Origin: an uncultured Actinomycetota bacterium
Lineage (GTDB): Bacteria > Actinomycetota > UBA4738 > HRBIN12
Direction of reading: 5' to 3'
NCBI GenBank assembly: GCA_963762745.1
Contig: CAVXMB010000002.1
Location: 104,554-168,553, forward strand
Length of the DNA: 64,000 bases
Shown here: piece after piece, positions 53,434 through 64,000 of the stretch
How the letters are laid out: every line of letters starts with the position of its first letter
Numbering within the stretch: the first letter of the stretch is position 1
Position numbers and translations under genes: made by a program
The notes under the pieces: model-generated
The model's database searches: none
Seen by the model: only the letters and a program-made list of their open reading frames with translations
Told to the model about the DNA's origin: nothing

Positions 53434-53774
53434 CCCAGTCCCTCGAGACGTTCGTCCGAGATCCCGAAGTGATGAGCCACCTCGTGCACCACCGTCTCGG
53501 CGATCACGGCGCGGAGCTCCTCGTCGTCGTCGCCCGCCTCGCTCTCGATCGTGGCGCGGAAGAGCGTGATCCGATCCGGGAGTGCGCCGGCGTAGTTCTC
53601 ACGCTCCGTCTGGGCGATCCCCTCATAGAGACCGAGGAGATCGGGCTCTTCCGGGGGTGGGCGATCCTCGACCACGACCGCCACGTTGTCCATCGACTCC
53701 TGCACCCAGCCGGGAAGCTCGTCCAGCGCGTCGGCCACGAGCGATTCGAACCGGCGTCGGGAGCGGCGCGACAT
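53424..53774 (-). CDS. Zincin-like metallopeptidase family protein (DUF1025/Zincin_1-like)
   Basis: FESLVADALDELP...NVAVVVED...HEVAHHFG (HExxH). Start taken at the internal Met (53774) to avoid overlap with pncB. Confidence 0.8.
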   Translation of the reverse strand: MSRRSRRRFESLVADALDELPGWVQESMDNVAVVVEDRPPPEEPDLLGLYEGIAQTERENYAGALPDRITLFRATIESEAGDDDEELRAVIAETVVHEVAHHFGISDERLEGLGWD

Positions 53775-53793
53775 CGCTTGTAGCCTACGTCGC

Positions 53794-55128
53794 ATGCCCG
53801 GCGGGCTGCGCACGGATCTCTACGAACTCAACATGGCGGCGAGCTATCTGCGCCGCGGCATGGACGGTCCGGCGACGTTCAGTTTGTACGTGCGGGACAT
53901 GCCGAAGCAGCGAGGGTTCCTGGTGGCGGCCGGCCTCGACGACTGCCTGCGGTTCCTCGAGACGTTCTCCTTCGAGGAGGACGACCTCGAGTCTTTGCGG
54001 CGCATCGGCTTCGACCAGCGGGCGATCGACGACTTCACGAACGTGCGTTTCACCGGCGAGGTCTGGGCCGTCCCGGAAGGCCGCATCGTGCACGCGAGAG
54101 AGCCGATCCTGGAGGTGACGGCGCCCATCGCGGAAGCCCAGCTCGTGGAAACCGTCCTGCTGAACCAGGTGACGCTCCACACGACGCTCACCTCGAAGGC
54201 GGCGCGCTACATGATCGCGGCGGAAGGACGCGGGTTGGTCGACTTCGCGTTCCGCCGTGCCCACGGTGTCGAGGCGGCGCGAGCCGCAGCGCGCGGCAGC
54301 GCGCTCGTCGGCTTCCGGGCCACGTCCAACGTCGAGGCGGCGCGCGAGTACCGTCTGGCGGTCTCCGGCACGATGGCACACTCGTTCATCACCGCGTTCG
54401 AGGACGAGCGCGAGGCCTTCCGTGCGTTCGCGGAGGACCATCCGAGCCGCACGACGTTCCTCGTCGACACCTATGACTCACTGGCGGGCGTGCGGAACGC
54501 GATCGAGGTGATCAAGGAGCTGAGCCCTCGGGGAGAGGTGGGCGTCCGGCTCGACTCCGGAGACCTGGATCGACTCTCGCGGGAGGCGCGGCGGCTGCTC
54601 GATCACGCCGGGCTCGGGCGAGCGAAGATCTTCGCGAGCGGCGGGCTCGACGAGCACGAGGTGGCGGAGCTGGTTCGTGCCGGCGCGCCGGTCGATGCGT
54701 TCGGGATCGGGACCCAGCTGGGGGTTTCGGCCGACGCCCCGTACATCGACGCGGTCTACAAGCTCGTGGAGTTCGAGGGCCGGCCGGTGCTGAAGCTCTC
54801 TCCCGCCAAGGCGAGCGCGCCGGGACGGAAACAGGTGTGGCGCGGGCCGTCGGAGGACGTGCTCGGGCTACGGGACGAGGCGGCGCCCGGCCCGAACCAC
54901 GAGCCGCTCCTGGAGCCGGTGATGCGGGCCGGGCGCCGCCTCGCGGCCGCCCCGCCCATCGAGGAGATGCGGGGGCGCTTCGAACGAGACATGAAGGCGC
55001 TGCCGATCAAAGCGGCGAGGCTCAACCATCCCGAACACGTAGTGGTGCACCGGACCCCCGCGCTCGCCGACCTCACGACGGAGGCGACCGAAGACGCACG
55101 GCGCCGGGGCCGCCACGACGGGCCCTAG
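53794..55128 (+). CDS. pncB: Nicotinate phosphoribosyltransferase
   Basis: TDLYELNMA N-terminus, GTMAHSF, FLVDTYD motifs. Confidence 0.9.
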   Translation: MPGGLRTDLYELNMAASYLRRGMDGPATFSLYVRDMPKQRGFLVAAGLDDCLRFLETFSFEEDDLESLRRIGFDQRAIDDFTNVRFTGEVWAVPEGRIVHAREPILEVTAPIAEAQLVETVLLNQVTLHTTLTSKAARYMIAAEGRGLVDFAFRRAHGVEAARAAARGSALVGFRATSNVEAAREYRLAVSGTMAHSFITAFEDEREAFRAFAEDHPSRTTFLVDTYDSLAGVRNAIEVIKELSPRGEVGVRLDSGDLDRLSREARRLLDHAGLGRAKIFASGGLDEHEVAELVRAGAPVDAFGIGTQLGVSADAPYIDAVYKLVEFEGRPVLKLSPAKASAPGRKQVWRGPSEDVLGLRDEAAPGPNHEPLLEPVMRAGRRLAAAPPIEEMRGRFERDMKALPIKAARLNHPEHVVVHRTPALADLTTEATEDARRRGRHDGP

Positions 55129-55709
55129 GCGGTCGGCAACCAGGTGGGCCGGCCGGCCTCGTACGAGGCGATCTCCTCCGTGTGCCGCAACGTCAGATCG
55201 ATGTCGTCGTAGCCCTCGAGGAGACACCAGCGGCGGAAGTCGTCGAACGCGAATGCCTCCTGCACCGAGGGAGCGCTGACCATCAAGGACTCCAGATCGA
55301 CCTCGATCCGCGTCGTGGGGTCGTCGAGGACCGAATCCATGAGCGCCCGGACCGACTCCTGGGGCAGCTCGACGGGGAGGAGACCGATCTTGCAGCAGTT
55401 GTTCCGGAAGATGTCGGCGAAGCTCGGGGCGATCACCGCTCGGAAGCCGTGGTCCTCCAGTGCCCAGGGCGCGTGCTCCCGGCTTGAGCCGCTGCCGAAG
55501 TTGGCACCCGCGAGCAGGATCGTGGCGCCCGCGTAGCGCTCGTCGTTCAGGACGAAGGAGGGGTCCTTCCGCCACTCGTGGAAGAGGAACGGACCGAACC
55601 CGGTCCGCTCGATCCGCTTCAGGAACTGTGCCGGGACGATCTGGTCGGTGTCCACGTCCGATCGATCCAACGGGACGGCGGTGCCTTCGATACGTCGGAT
55701 CGGCTCCAT
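55125..55709 (-). CDS. leuD: 3-isopropylmalate dehydratase small subunit
   Basis: NFGSGSSREHAPWAL motif. Immediately downstream of leuC. Confidence 0.95.
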   Translation of the reverse strand: MEPIRRIEGTAVPLDRSDVDTDQIVPAQFLKRIERTGFGPFLFHEWRKDPSFVLNDERYAGATILLAGANFGSGSSREHAPWALEDHGFRAVIAPSFADIFRNNCCKIGLLPVELPQESVRALMDSVLDDPTTRIEVDLESLMVSAPSVQEAFAFDDFRRWCLLEGYDDIDLTLRHTEEIASYEAGRPTWLPTA

Positions 55710-57137
<1,428 letters not shown>

Positions 57138-57197
57138 CTCCTGGCGCTGGCTCCTCGGGTTGTTCCACTATGTGGACGCCGGTACCATTATCTGGAC

Positions 57198-57968
57198 GTG
57201 ACCTTACCACCGGAGACCGACCAGGCACGCCGGAAGACGCCGGTGGGCGTGCTCGACCGCGCCATGGCCATCCTGGCGGTGATCGAGGGTGGAGCACACA
57301 CGCACACCGAGGTGGCTCGACTGACCGGCCTCGCCCGGCCCACCGCTCACCGATTGCTGAAGTCGATGGAATCGCACGGCCTCGTGACGTTCTTGGGTGG
57401 ACAGGGTTTCCGTCTGGGGCCGAGGCTGCTCGGCCTCGCTGCGACGGCGATGCGCGAGCTGCCCATCAGAGACCTCGCGCAACCCGTCCTCGAACGACTG
57501 GCCCGCACGACCGGCGAGAGCGCGCAGCTCTTCGTCCGGGACCACCATCGGCGCGTCTGCATCGCAGCGGCGGAGTCACGAAGCGAGCTGCGAACGATCG
57601 TCGAGATCGGCGCCCGGCTCCCGCTCACCGCCGGCTCGGCCGGCAAGATCTTCCTCGCGTTCGGTCCTCCGGCCCTCACCGCCGAGCTCCTCTCGACCGC
57701 CGATCCGCTCACGCCGGTGACGCCGGTCGGCGAGCGATTGGAACGCCAGCTCGCGACCGCGCGACGGCTGGGCTGGGCGTCGAGTGCGGGCGAGCGCGAG
57801 CCCGGCGTGGGATCCGTCAGCGCGCCCGTCCACGAGCCGTACGGAGCGCTCCTTGCCGTCGTCTCTCTGTCGGGACCTGAGCAGCGAGTGGGTCGGATCT
57901 CCGCGAAGCGATATGCGCCCGCCGTCCTCGAGGCGGCGAAGGAGATCGAGGGCGCCCTCGGCGCGTAG
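57198..57968 (+). CDS. IclR-family transcriptional regulator (LtbR-like, divergent from leuCD)
   Basis: N-terminal wHTH (VLDRAMAILAVIEGGAHTHTEVARLTGLARPTAHRLLKSM) plus an IclR effector domain. GTG start at 57198. Confidence 0.85.
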   Translation: MTLPPETDQARRKTPVGVLDRAMAILAVIEGGAHTHTEVARLTGLARPTAHRLLKSMESHGLVTFLGGQGFRLGPRLLGLAATAMRELPIRDLAQPVLERLARTTGESAQLFVRDHHRRVCIAAAESRSELRTIVEIGARLPLTAGSAGKIFLAFGPPALTAELLSTADPLTPVTPVGERLERQLATARRLGWASSAGEREPGVGSVSAPVHEPYGALLAVVSLSGPEQRVGRISAKRYAPAVLEAAKEIEGALGA

Positions 57969-57989
57969 CCGAGAGGCGCCGCGACCCTC

Positions 57990-58961
57990 CTACCAGGCGT
58001 AGGCCTCGGGGGCCGCGCCGCCGGGACCGGGGAAGATCTCGTCGAGCCGCCGGAGTACTTCCTCGTCGAGGTGGACCTCGAACGCGCGGAACGAGCCTTC
58101 GAGCTGCTCCTCGGTCCGGGGGCCGATGATCGGCGCCGTCACCGCCGGCTGATGCAGCAGCCACGCGAGCGCGACATCCGCCGGCCGCGCGCCGAGGTCG
58201 GCGCAGACCTTCTCGTAGCGCTCCAGCCGATCGCGATCCTTGTCGATCTCGTCCTGCAGGTACTCCGAGGAGCGGCGACCCTCGTCGACCTTCCTCAGCG
58301 CCCCCGCGAGCAAGCCACCGGCCAGCGGGCTCCAGGCGATCAGGCCCATCCCGTACTCCTGGACCGCCGGGATCACCTCGAGCTCGAGCGTGCGTTCGGT
58401 GAGGTTGTAGAGGGACTGCTCGGTCGCGAGCCCGACGGTGTGCCACTTGCTGGCGATCTCGTTCGCGCGCGCGATGTGCCAGCCGGCGAAGTTGGACGAC
58501 CCGACGTAGAGGATCTTGCCCTCGCTCTTCAGCTGGTCCATCGCCTCCCAGATCTCGTTCCACCACGCGTTCCGATCGATGTGGTGCATCTGGTAGAGGT
58601 CGATGTAGTCGGTCTGGAGACGCCTGAGCGAGCCCTCGCACGCACGACGGATCGCGAGCTTCGACAGCCGTGACTCGTTCGGCCATTCGGCCATCTGCCC
58701 GTAGACCTTGGTCGCCAGGACGACCTTCTCCCGGCGGCCCCCGCCCTTCGCGAACCAATCACCGATGATCCGCTCTGTCGAGCCGACACCGAGATGGCGC
58801 CCGTAGACGTTGGCCGTGTCGAAGAAGTTGATGCCCTCCGCGATCGCGGCATCCATGATCCTGTGCGACTCGTCTTCGGGGGTATGAGGACCGAAGTTCA
58901 TCGTGCCGAGGCAGAGGCGCGAGACCACCAGTCCGAGCCGGCCGACGTGCGTGTACTCCAC
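57990..58961 (-). CDS. Aldo/keto reductase
   Basis: LGTMNFG, FFDTANVYG, DLYQMHHID, VGSSNF motifs. Confidence 0.9.
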   Translation of the reverse strand: MEYTHVGRLGLVVSRLCLGTMNFGPHTPEDESHRIMDAAIAEGINFFDTANVYGRHLGVGSTERIIGDWFAKGGGRREKVVLATKVYGQMAEWPNESRLSKLAIRRACEGSLRRLQTDYIDLYQMHHIDRNAWWNEIWEAMDQLKSEGKILYVGSSNFAGWHIARANEIASKWHTVGLATEQSLYNLTERTLELEVIPAVQEYGMGLIAWSPLAGGLLAGALRKVDEGRRSSEYLQDEIDKDRDRLERYEKVCADLGARPADVALAWLLHQPAVTAPIIGPRTEEQLEGSFRAFEVHLDEEVLRRLDEIFPGPGGAAPEAYAW

Positions 58962-58971
58962 GGTGGGGAGT

Positions 58972-60270
58972 CTACGCAGCCTCGACCGAAGGCTCCGCGG
59001 TCGCGAGAGACCCGTCCTGTTCCGGCCCCCGGGCTCCTTGCACGAACATGAACGCGAGGGTGATGCTGCCGCCGATCGCCCCCGCCCAGATCAGGGTGGC
59101 GTCGTGACCGATCTTTTCGGCCGTCGGCCCCGTGATCGCGAACGAGAGCGGAACCCCCAGCGTCGAGATCATCCAATCCAACGAGAACACCCGGCCGAGG
59201 AGCCGGTCAGGAACGAGGCGCTGGACCAATGTGACCCAGACGACGACGAGATAGGTGATCGACGCCTCCGTGATGAACGCGACGGCCATCGCCTGCCACA
59301 CCGAGGTGACGAACCCGAAGCCGGCCGTCCCGAACATGCCCAAGGACCACGCGAGGTACATCGCGGTGACGGGCTTGCGCGGGAGGCTCCCCCGCTGGCC
59401 GAACACGGCCGCCGCGATCACCGCGCCGACCCCGCCGGCGCCGAAGACGAACCCGAGGGACGACGCCTCCCCACCGAGGTCGTTCTTCACCACCACCGGC
59501 ACCAACGTCTCCCACGGTCCCCAGACGGCGAGCAAACTGACCGTCGCCCCGAACATGGCGATCAACAGCCATCGCTGCTGCCGCACGTACCGGAACCCCT
59601 CCGCGACGTCACCGAAGAACGAGGTCTGGTCGTGCTCGTCCTTCGACGTTCGACGCGTCCGCATCGCGAGGATCATCACGGCGGAGAACGCGAAGGTCGC
59701 CGCGTCCGCGAGGAAGGCGAACCCGACGCCGAACCAGGTGATGAGGACTCCGCCCACGAGCGGACCGATCAACGTCATCGCGAACGGCCGCACGAGCTGC
59801 GCGAGGGAGTTGGCCTGCACGAGCAGGTCCGCGGGCACGATCGTCGGCGTGATCGAGGTGAAGGCGGGCTGGAAGACGGCTTGGCCGGCCCCGTAGACGA
59901 CGACCAGTCCGAGGATGACGGGGATGCTGCCTGGCCTGAGCTGATCGGTGATGGACAACACACCGAGCGTCCCGATCGCCGCGAAGCGGATCGCATCACC
60001 CGCGATCATCAGGTGCCGCCGCTCCAACCGATCGGACAGGGCTCCGCTCGCGATCACGAGGAGCACCTGCGGCAACGACCAGGCGATGCCTACCAACGCC
60101 AGCGCGCCCGGACGGTTCTCGATCGAGAGCACCTGCCACGCGATCGAGACCAGATAGATCCCGTCGCCGATCATCGAGACCGTCATCCCGGTCCACAGGA
60201 ACGCGAAATCGCGGACCGCGAGCGGCCTGAGGATCGCGATGCGGTCGCGGAAGGAGGCGGGCTCCGACAT
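58972..60270 (-). CDS. MFS transporter
   Basis: 12 predicted hydrophobic segments. GALSDRLERR (the MFS loop 2-3 motif). Confidence 0.85.
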   Translation of the reverse strand: MSEPASFRDRIAILRPLAVRDFAFLWTGMTVSMIGDGIYLVSIAWQVLSIENRPGALALVGIAWSLPQVLLVIASGALSDRLERRHLMIAGDAIRFAAIGTLGVLSITDQLRPGSIPVILGLVVVYGAGQAVFQPAFTSITPTIVPADLLVQANSLAQLVRPFAMTLIGPLVGGVLITWFGVGFAFLADAATFAFSAVMILAMRTRRTSKDEHDQTSFFGDVAEGFRYVRQQRWLLIAMFGATVSLLAVWGPWETLVPVVVKNDLGGEASSLGFVFGAGGVGAVIAAAVFGQRGSLPRKPVTAMYLAWSLGMFGTAGFGFVTSVWQAMAVAFITEASITYLVVVWVTLVQRLVPDRLLGRVFSLDWMISTLGVPLSFAITGPTAEKIGHDATLIWAGAIGGSITLAFMFVQGARGPEQDGSLATAEPSVEAA

Positions 60271-60306
60271 CCGACCCAGGATAGGGGCGGGCGCCGACCC
60301 CGGGCG

Positions 60307-61038
60307 CTACCGCCAGTCGACGGTGACGACCTCGATCGGATCGGAGATCCCCTTGACCGTCACCGTCCGCGGATCCCTGGTGGGGAACTGCGCGCCCGCG
60401 GCCGTGTCGGCGCTCGCGACGATCTGCCCGCCCTCGGCGAGGGCCCCGATCCGCGCTGCCTCGTGCACGCCCTTCCCGGTGAAGTTCCGGCCGACCATCG
60501 TCGCGTCCGATGCGTGTATCCCGATCCGGACCTGGGGCGCGAACGCGGCGGACGCTCGATGCGCGGCGAGATCCCGCTGGATCGCGACCGCGCACGCGAG
60601 CGCGTCATCGGGCGACTCGAACGCGACGAAGAATCCGTCGCCGGTCGCCGTAACCTCCTCGCCTCGGTTCGCGCCGAACAGCGAACGCAGGGTCTTGTCG
60701 TGCCACGACAGGAGCGATTGCCAGGCTTCGTCTCCCATCGCCTCGAGGAGATTGGTCGACCCCGCGATGTCGGTGAACATGAACGTCCGCTGGACGCGCT
60801 GCGTCGGCGAGCGGCTGCGGAGCTGCCATGGGAGCAGTTCCGCGACCTCCTCGAGCACGACCGCCTGTGTCGGGCAGGCGAGCGCTGCCTCCCGGAGCTT
60901 CTCCTCGTCGACGCTCGCGGCATCGACGACGGCTGCCTTGCCGAAGTCTCCGCGGTGCCAGTCGAACGCCGTGGGGGCGATGGTGATGCAGTTGCCGGCG
61001 CCGATGCACCGGGGCCGATCGACCCTCGCACGGAGCAT
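60307..61038 (-). CDS. Ferredoxin-domain / class III adenylate(guanylate) cyclase fusion protein
   Basis: N-terminal CIGAGNC...ACP (single-cluster 3Fe-4S/4Fe-4S ferredoxin pattern), then FMFTDIAGST, GDGFFVAF, VRIGIHAS (class III cyclase catalytic motifs). Confidence 0.8.
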   Translation of the reverse strand: MLRARVDRPRCIGAGNCITIAPTAFDWHRGDFGKAAVVDAASVDEEKLREAALACPTQAVVLEEVAELLPWQLRSRSPTQRVQRTFMFTDIAGSTNLLEAMGDEAWQSLLSWHDKTLRSLFGANRGEEVTATGDGFFVAFESPDDALACAVAIQRDLAAHRASAAFAPQVRIGIHASDATMVGRNFTGKGVHEAARIGALAEGGQIVASADTAAGAQFPTRDPRTVTVKGISDPIEVVTVDWR

Positions 61039-61052
61039 CTAGGTACGTCCCT

Positions 61053-64000
61053 TCATAGCATCCTCGACTGGAACGCGAAGGCGGTGGCATCCGCACGTGA
61101 GGAGGCACCGATCTTCGCGTACGTCGAGACGAGACGGCGCGCCACCTCGCCGGTGTCGACGCCGAGACGATCGGCCATCTCCTCGTTCGAGAGCCCCTCG
61201 ACGACGAGCTTGAGGAGCTGCGAGTCCTCATCGTCCAGCCCCTCGACGAACGCCTCCTGCATGTGGCGCGTCAGCGGCAGGTCCGGGTCGGCAGCGAGGC
61301 TCGCGAGCCCGCTTCCGATCGGGCCCCGGAACCACCGGGTCCGCACATCTTCGTCGACGATCCGGTTCGCGATGACGGCCATCTGGAGCCGCAGGTACGA
61401 AAGTATCTCGCTCCGCTCTTCGTCGGTGCCCGCGGCCGTGATCGTCGCGGCGAGCGGCAGGAGCACCTCGAGATCCAGGTCCTCGTGCCGGGCTGCGGTG
61501 AGCGCATCGACCGCCGATCGGGCTGCGGTCGCGGCTCGTTCGGGATCTTCCCGCGCGAGGGCGACGATCGCGACCGCCGCGTCGGCCTTGGCGCCCCAAG
61601 GAGCGTGCCCGGGCAGGAGACGGAGCAGTTCCTTCGCCTCGGATGCCGACCGTTCACCCAACGCGAGCAACTCCTCGTCTCCCTGCTCCCTCCCGAGGGT
61701 CGCCGCCGCGAGCGCGAGCGCCGCGAGCACCTCGCAGCGCACTGCGGGAAGCCCTTGCTCACCTGCCATCTGCAGCGCGCGCTCGAGGTGCTCGCGCATC
61801 CCGTCGGCATGTCCTCTGGCTGCGTGCATCAGCCCTCGCCACTGCTCGAGCTGCCGAGCGCGGGCGGTTGTGGGGCTCTCCGTCGCCACGGATGCCGCTC
61901 GATCGAGCCAGATCGACGCCTCGTCGGGATCGCCGAGCTCGAGGAACGAGAGCGCGGTGCCGCCCGCCGCGAGGAACTCCAGCTGGCGATCGCCGATCGC
62001 GCGAGCTCGCTCGTAGGCCTCGGCGCCGCGTGAGAGCGCGAGGTCGGGGATGACCTTCGCGCGCGCGAACACGTGCACCCCGTAGAGCATCTGCACTTCC
62101 GCGAAGGCCCGCTGGCTCTCGCTGGTGAAGGACGAGAGTTGTGTCGCGAGCCGACGGATCTCCTCGATGTGACGGGCCGCGTCGGAACCGATGTGGATGT
62201 CGGGAGCCCAGCTCAGGTACGCCATCGCGATGATCGATGCCATCGAACCCTGCCGGTCGCCGAGCTCCTCGTAGAGCGCGAGCGACCGATGGAGTCGCTC
62301 GCCCGCCGATCGCACGAAGGGTGCGATCGGCAGCTCTTCCACGAGATCTTCGAGGGATTCGCCCGCGGCAACCCGTTGCATCACCGGGATGTGCCCACCG
62401 AGCGCCATCTGATCGACGAACCAGCCGCGGATCCGACCCATGTCGATCACGCCCAGCTCTCGGGTCGAGGCGGCCACCATCGAGGTGTCACCGAGTTCCT
62501 CCGCGAGAGCGGCGGCGCGAAGGAAGATCTGCTCGGCGGCGTCGAGGTCGACCTCGGCGGCCGACGGCGAGAACCCTTCGCCGAGCCCGGCATGGACGAG
62601 TGCCTGCCCAAGCTCCACGCACGCAGCGAGCTCGGCGGGGCGGTCGCCTCGCTCGACCGCGAGTGCTCGGACCCGCTCGGCGAGCTCCGCCGCGCGGTCC
62701 TCCTGCTGGGAGAGCCGGAGCGCCGCCGCGCGTCGGAGCGTGACATCCAGGTCGACATGAGGATCGCCGAGGGCCTCGGCGAGTGCGGCGAGCTCGGAGA
62801 GTCCCTCCAGGCGGTCGCCGGGGCGGCGGAGCATCTCCAGCGCGTCGTCCCTGGCGGTCAGCAGTCCCAGCCGCTCCTGGGGGGTGGCAGCCTGCGGCAG
62901 CGCGATCTCCACGACGCGCAGGACCTCCTCCGGTGCGTGAGCCGCGAGCGCGGCCGCGGCGGCATCCGTCGAGAAGCGGACGCACACTTCCGCGTCACCG
63001 GCGGCGCGCGCGTGATGCGCGAGGAGCGGGAGTGTCTCGGGCGCCGGCTCACCGCTCAGCAGCAGCTGGACGATCGCGCCGTGGATCTCGCGACGGCGAG
63101 CCGGCGCCAACGTGTCGGCCGCGAACTCGCGAACCTGCTCGTGAGGGAAGCTGTAGTCCGCCGGCGCGGCCTCGGGCTGCTCGACGAGCAGCCCGGCCGA
63201 GACGGCGGGCGCCATCAAGTCGCCGAGTGCCACCACGCCGTCATCCCGTTCACCTTCCCCGACCCGGAGGCGTACCTCGCGGAGGTCCTTCAAGCTGAAA
63301 TGGCGACCGAGCAGTGCCGCCTCCGCGAGCGCGGTCTTGGTTTCGGGTGGGAGATGAGCGGCCCGGCGCTGGATCAAGGTGCGCACCGCCGAGGGCGCGA
63401 GCCGCTCCGCGTTGCGAGTCAGGGTCCAGGAATCGGCGATCTGTTGGAGCATCCCGGCTTCGCGGTACGCCTGGCCGATCTCCTCCACGATGAACGGCAC
63501 GCCCTCGGCCTGACCGTGGATCGTCGAAGCGGTCGCCGCCTCCACCTGTCCGCCGAGCACCTGGCGGAGGAACTCCGCCGTTTCGAGCACCGAGAATCGT
63601 GCGACCTTCAGCCGCCGGATCACGCGCATCCGCTCCATGTCGGCGAGCAACGTCACCGCCTCGGTGAGGGCGGCGGCCTCCTCGGGGCGGATCGAGAACA
63701 TCAGGAAGATCGGGCTCGCTCCTTCGGTCCGGATGACGTAGCGGAGGAGTCGGAGGCTGTCTTCGTCGGACCATTGCATATCGTCGATCAGCAGCGCCAG
63801 CGGCCGCTCCGCGGTGAGCGCCCGCACCGCCATCGTCGCGAGGTCGAACGAACGGAGGAGCCTCTGGTCGGAGGACAACCCGGCGAACGCGGGATCGTCC
63901 CGGCCGCCGAGGGCTTCGCTCGCCGCCACGATCGCAGGCTCCGACGCCGTGCCGGCGACGGCCTCGGCCACCTCGGGAGCCCCGACGATCGATCGTGCAA
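61053..64000 (-). CDS. Large ATP-binding LuxR-family regulator (LAL/MalT-like: NTPase + TPR-like repeats + C-terminal LuxR HTH); N-terminus outside the window
   Basis: LLIDDMQWSDEDSL (Walker B of STAND/AAA LAL proteins) near the window edge. Long helical repeat region. C-terminal LSNEEMADRLGVDTGEVARRLVSTYAKIG (LuxR HTH). Confidence 0.85.
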   Translation of the reverse strand, partial: ARSIVGAPEVAEAVAGTASEPAIVAASEALGGRDDPAFAGLSSDQRLLRSFDLATMAVRALTAERPLALLIDDMQWSDEDSLRLLRYVIRTEGASPIFLMFSIRPEEAAALTEAVTLLADMERMRVIRRLKVARFSVLETAEFLRQVLGGQVEAATASTIHGQAEGVPFIVEEIGQAYREAGMLQQIADSWTLTRNAERLAPSAVRTLIQRRAAHLPPETKTALAEAALLGRHFSLKDLREVRLRVGEGERDDGVVALGDLMAPAVSAGLLVEQPEAAPADYSFPHEQVREFAADTLAPARRREIHGAIVQLLLSGEPAPETLPLLAHHARAAGDAEVCVRFSTDAAAAALAAHAPEEVLRVVEIALPQAATPQERLGLLTARDDALEMLRRPGDRLEGLSELAALAEALGDPHVDLDVTLRRAAALRLSQQEDRAAELAERVRALAVERGDRPAELAACVELGQALVHAGLGEGFSPSAAEVDLDAAEQIFLRAAALAEELGDTSMVAASTRELGVIDMGRIRGWFVDQMALGGHIPVMQRVAAGESLEDLVEELPIAPFVRSAGERLHRSLALYEELGDRQGSMASIIAMAYLSWAPDIHIGSDAARHIEEIRRLATQLSSFTSESQRAFAEVQMLYGVHVFARAKVIPDLALSRGAEAYERARAIGDRQLEFLAAGGTALSFLELGDPDEASIWLDRAASVATESPTTARARQLEQWRGLMHAARGHADGMREHLERALQMAGEQGLPAVRCEVLAALALAAATLGREQGDEELLALGERSASEAKELLRLLPGHAPWGAKADAAVAIVALAREDPERAATAARSAVDALTAARHEDLDLEVLLPLAATITAAGTDEERSEILSYLRLQMAVIANRIVDEDVRTRWFRGPIGSGLASLAADPDLPLTRHMQEAFVEGLDDEDSQLLKLVVEGLSNEEMADRLGVDTGEVARRLVSTYAKIGASSRADATAFAFQSRML

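Noticed and set aside
58903-62016. 1037-aa plus-strand ORF, the longest in the track
   Set aside because: It runs antisense to three well-supported minus-strand genes (MFS, ferredoxin-cyclase, LuxR). Its composition is dominated by Arg/Asp/Glu/Pro/Gly runs with no recognisable motifs. This is a typical high-GC shadow ORF.

Overview
High-GC, Actinomycetota-like chromosomal window with two parts.

(1) About 800-35,200 is an accessory cell-envelope glycan/EPS locus. It holds a Wzx-like flippase, a Wzy/O-antigen-ligase-like polymerase, a Wzz + BY-kinase, a priming phosphoglycosyl transferase, WecG/TagA, several GT4 and three GT2 enzymes, three GT-C type membrane glycosyltransferases, a methyltransferase, an acyltransferase, an ABC-2 exporter and two tandem secreted beta-helix paralogs.

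Scattered inside this locus is what looks like a complete but dispersed lasso-peptide (RiPP) gene set:
- a 48-aa precursor with a strong RBS (23666-23812)
- an Asn-synthetase-like cyclase
- a transglutaminase-like B2 protease
- a stand-alone PqqD/RRE about 7 kb away, next to a MauE/DoxX membrane protein
- an HPr-kinase-like kinase
- a PF14907-type nucleotidyltransferase
- nearby GT2, 2OG-Fe(II) oxygenase and acyltransferase genes

This is the most interesting system in the window.

(2) About 38,400-64,000 is mostly housekeeping: asd, lysC, an S9 peptidase, an ECF sigma/DUF4349 pair, recR, dnaX, a large (Bacillus-type, Alu-domain) SRP RNA, two tRNA-Ser, tadA, pncB, leuCD + IclR, an aldo/keto reductase, an MFS transporter, a ferredoxin-adenylate cyclase fusion and a large LuxR-type regulator running off the window edge.

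Several reading frames (both beta-helix paralogs and one GT4) are broken by single-base indels. These are either real pseudogenisation or homopolymer sequencing errors. No transposases, integrases, CRISPR arrays or rRNA were seen. Many long ORFs in the six-frame track are antisense shadow ORFs typical of high-GC DNA.
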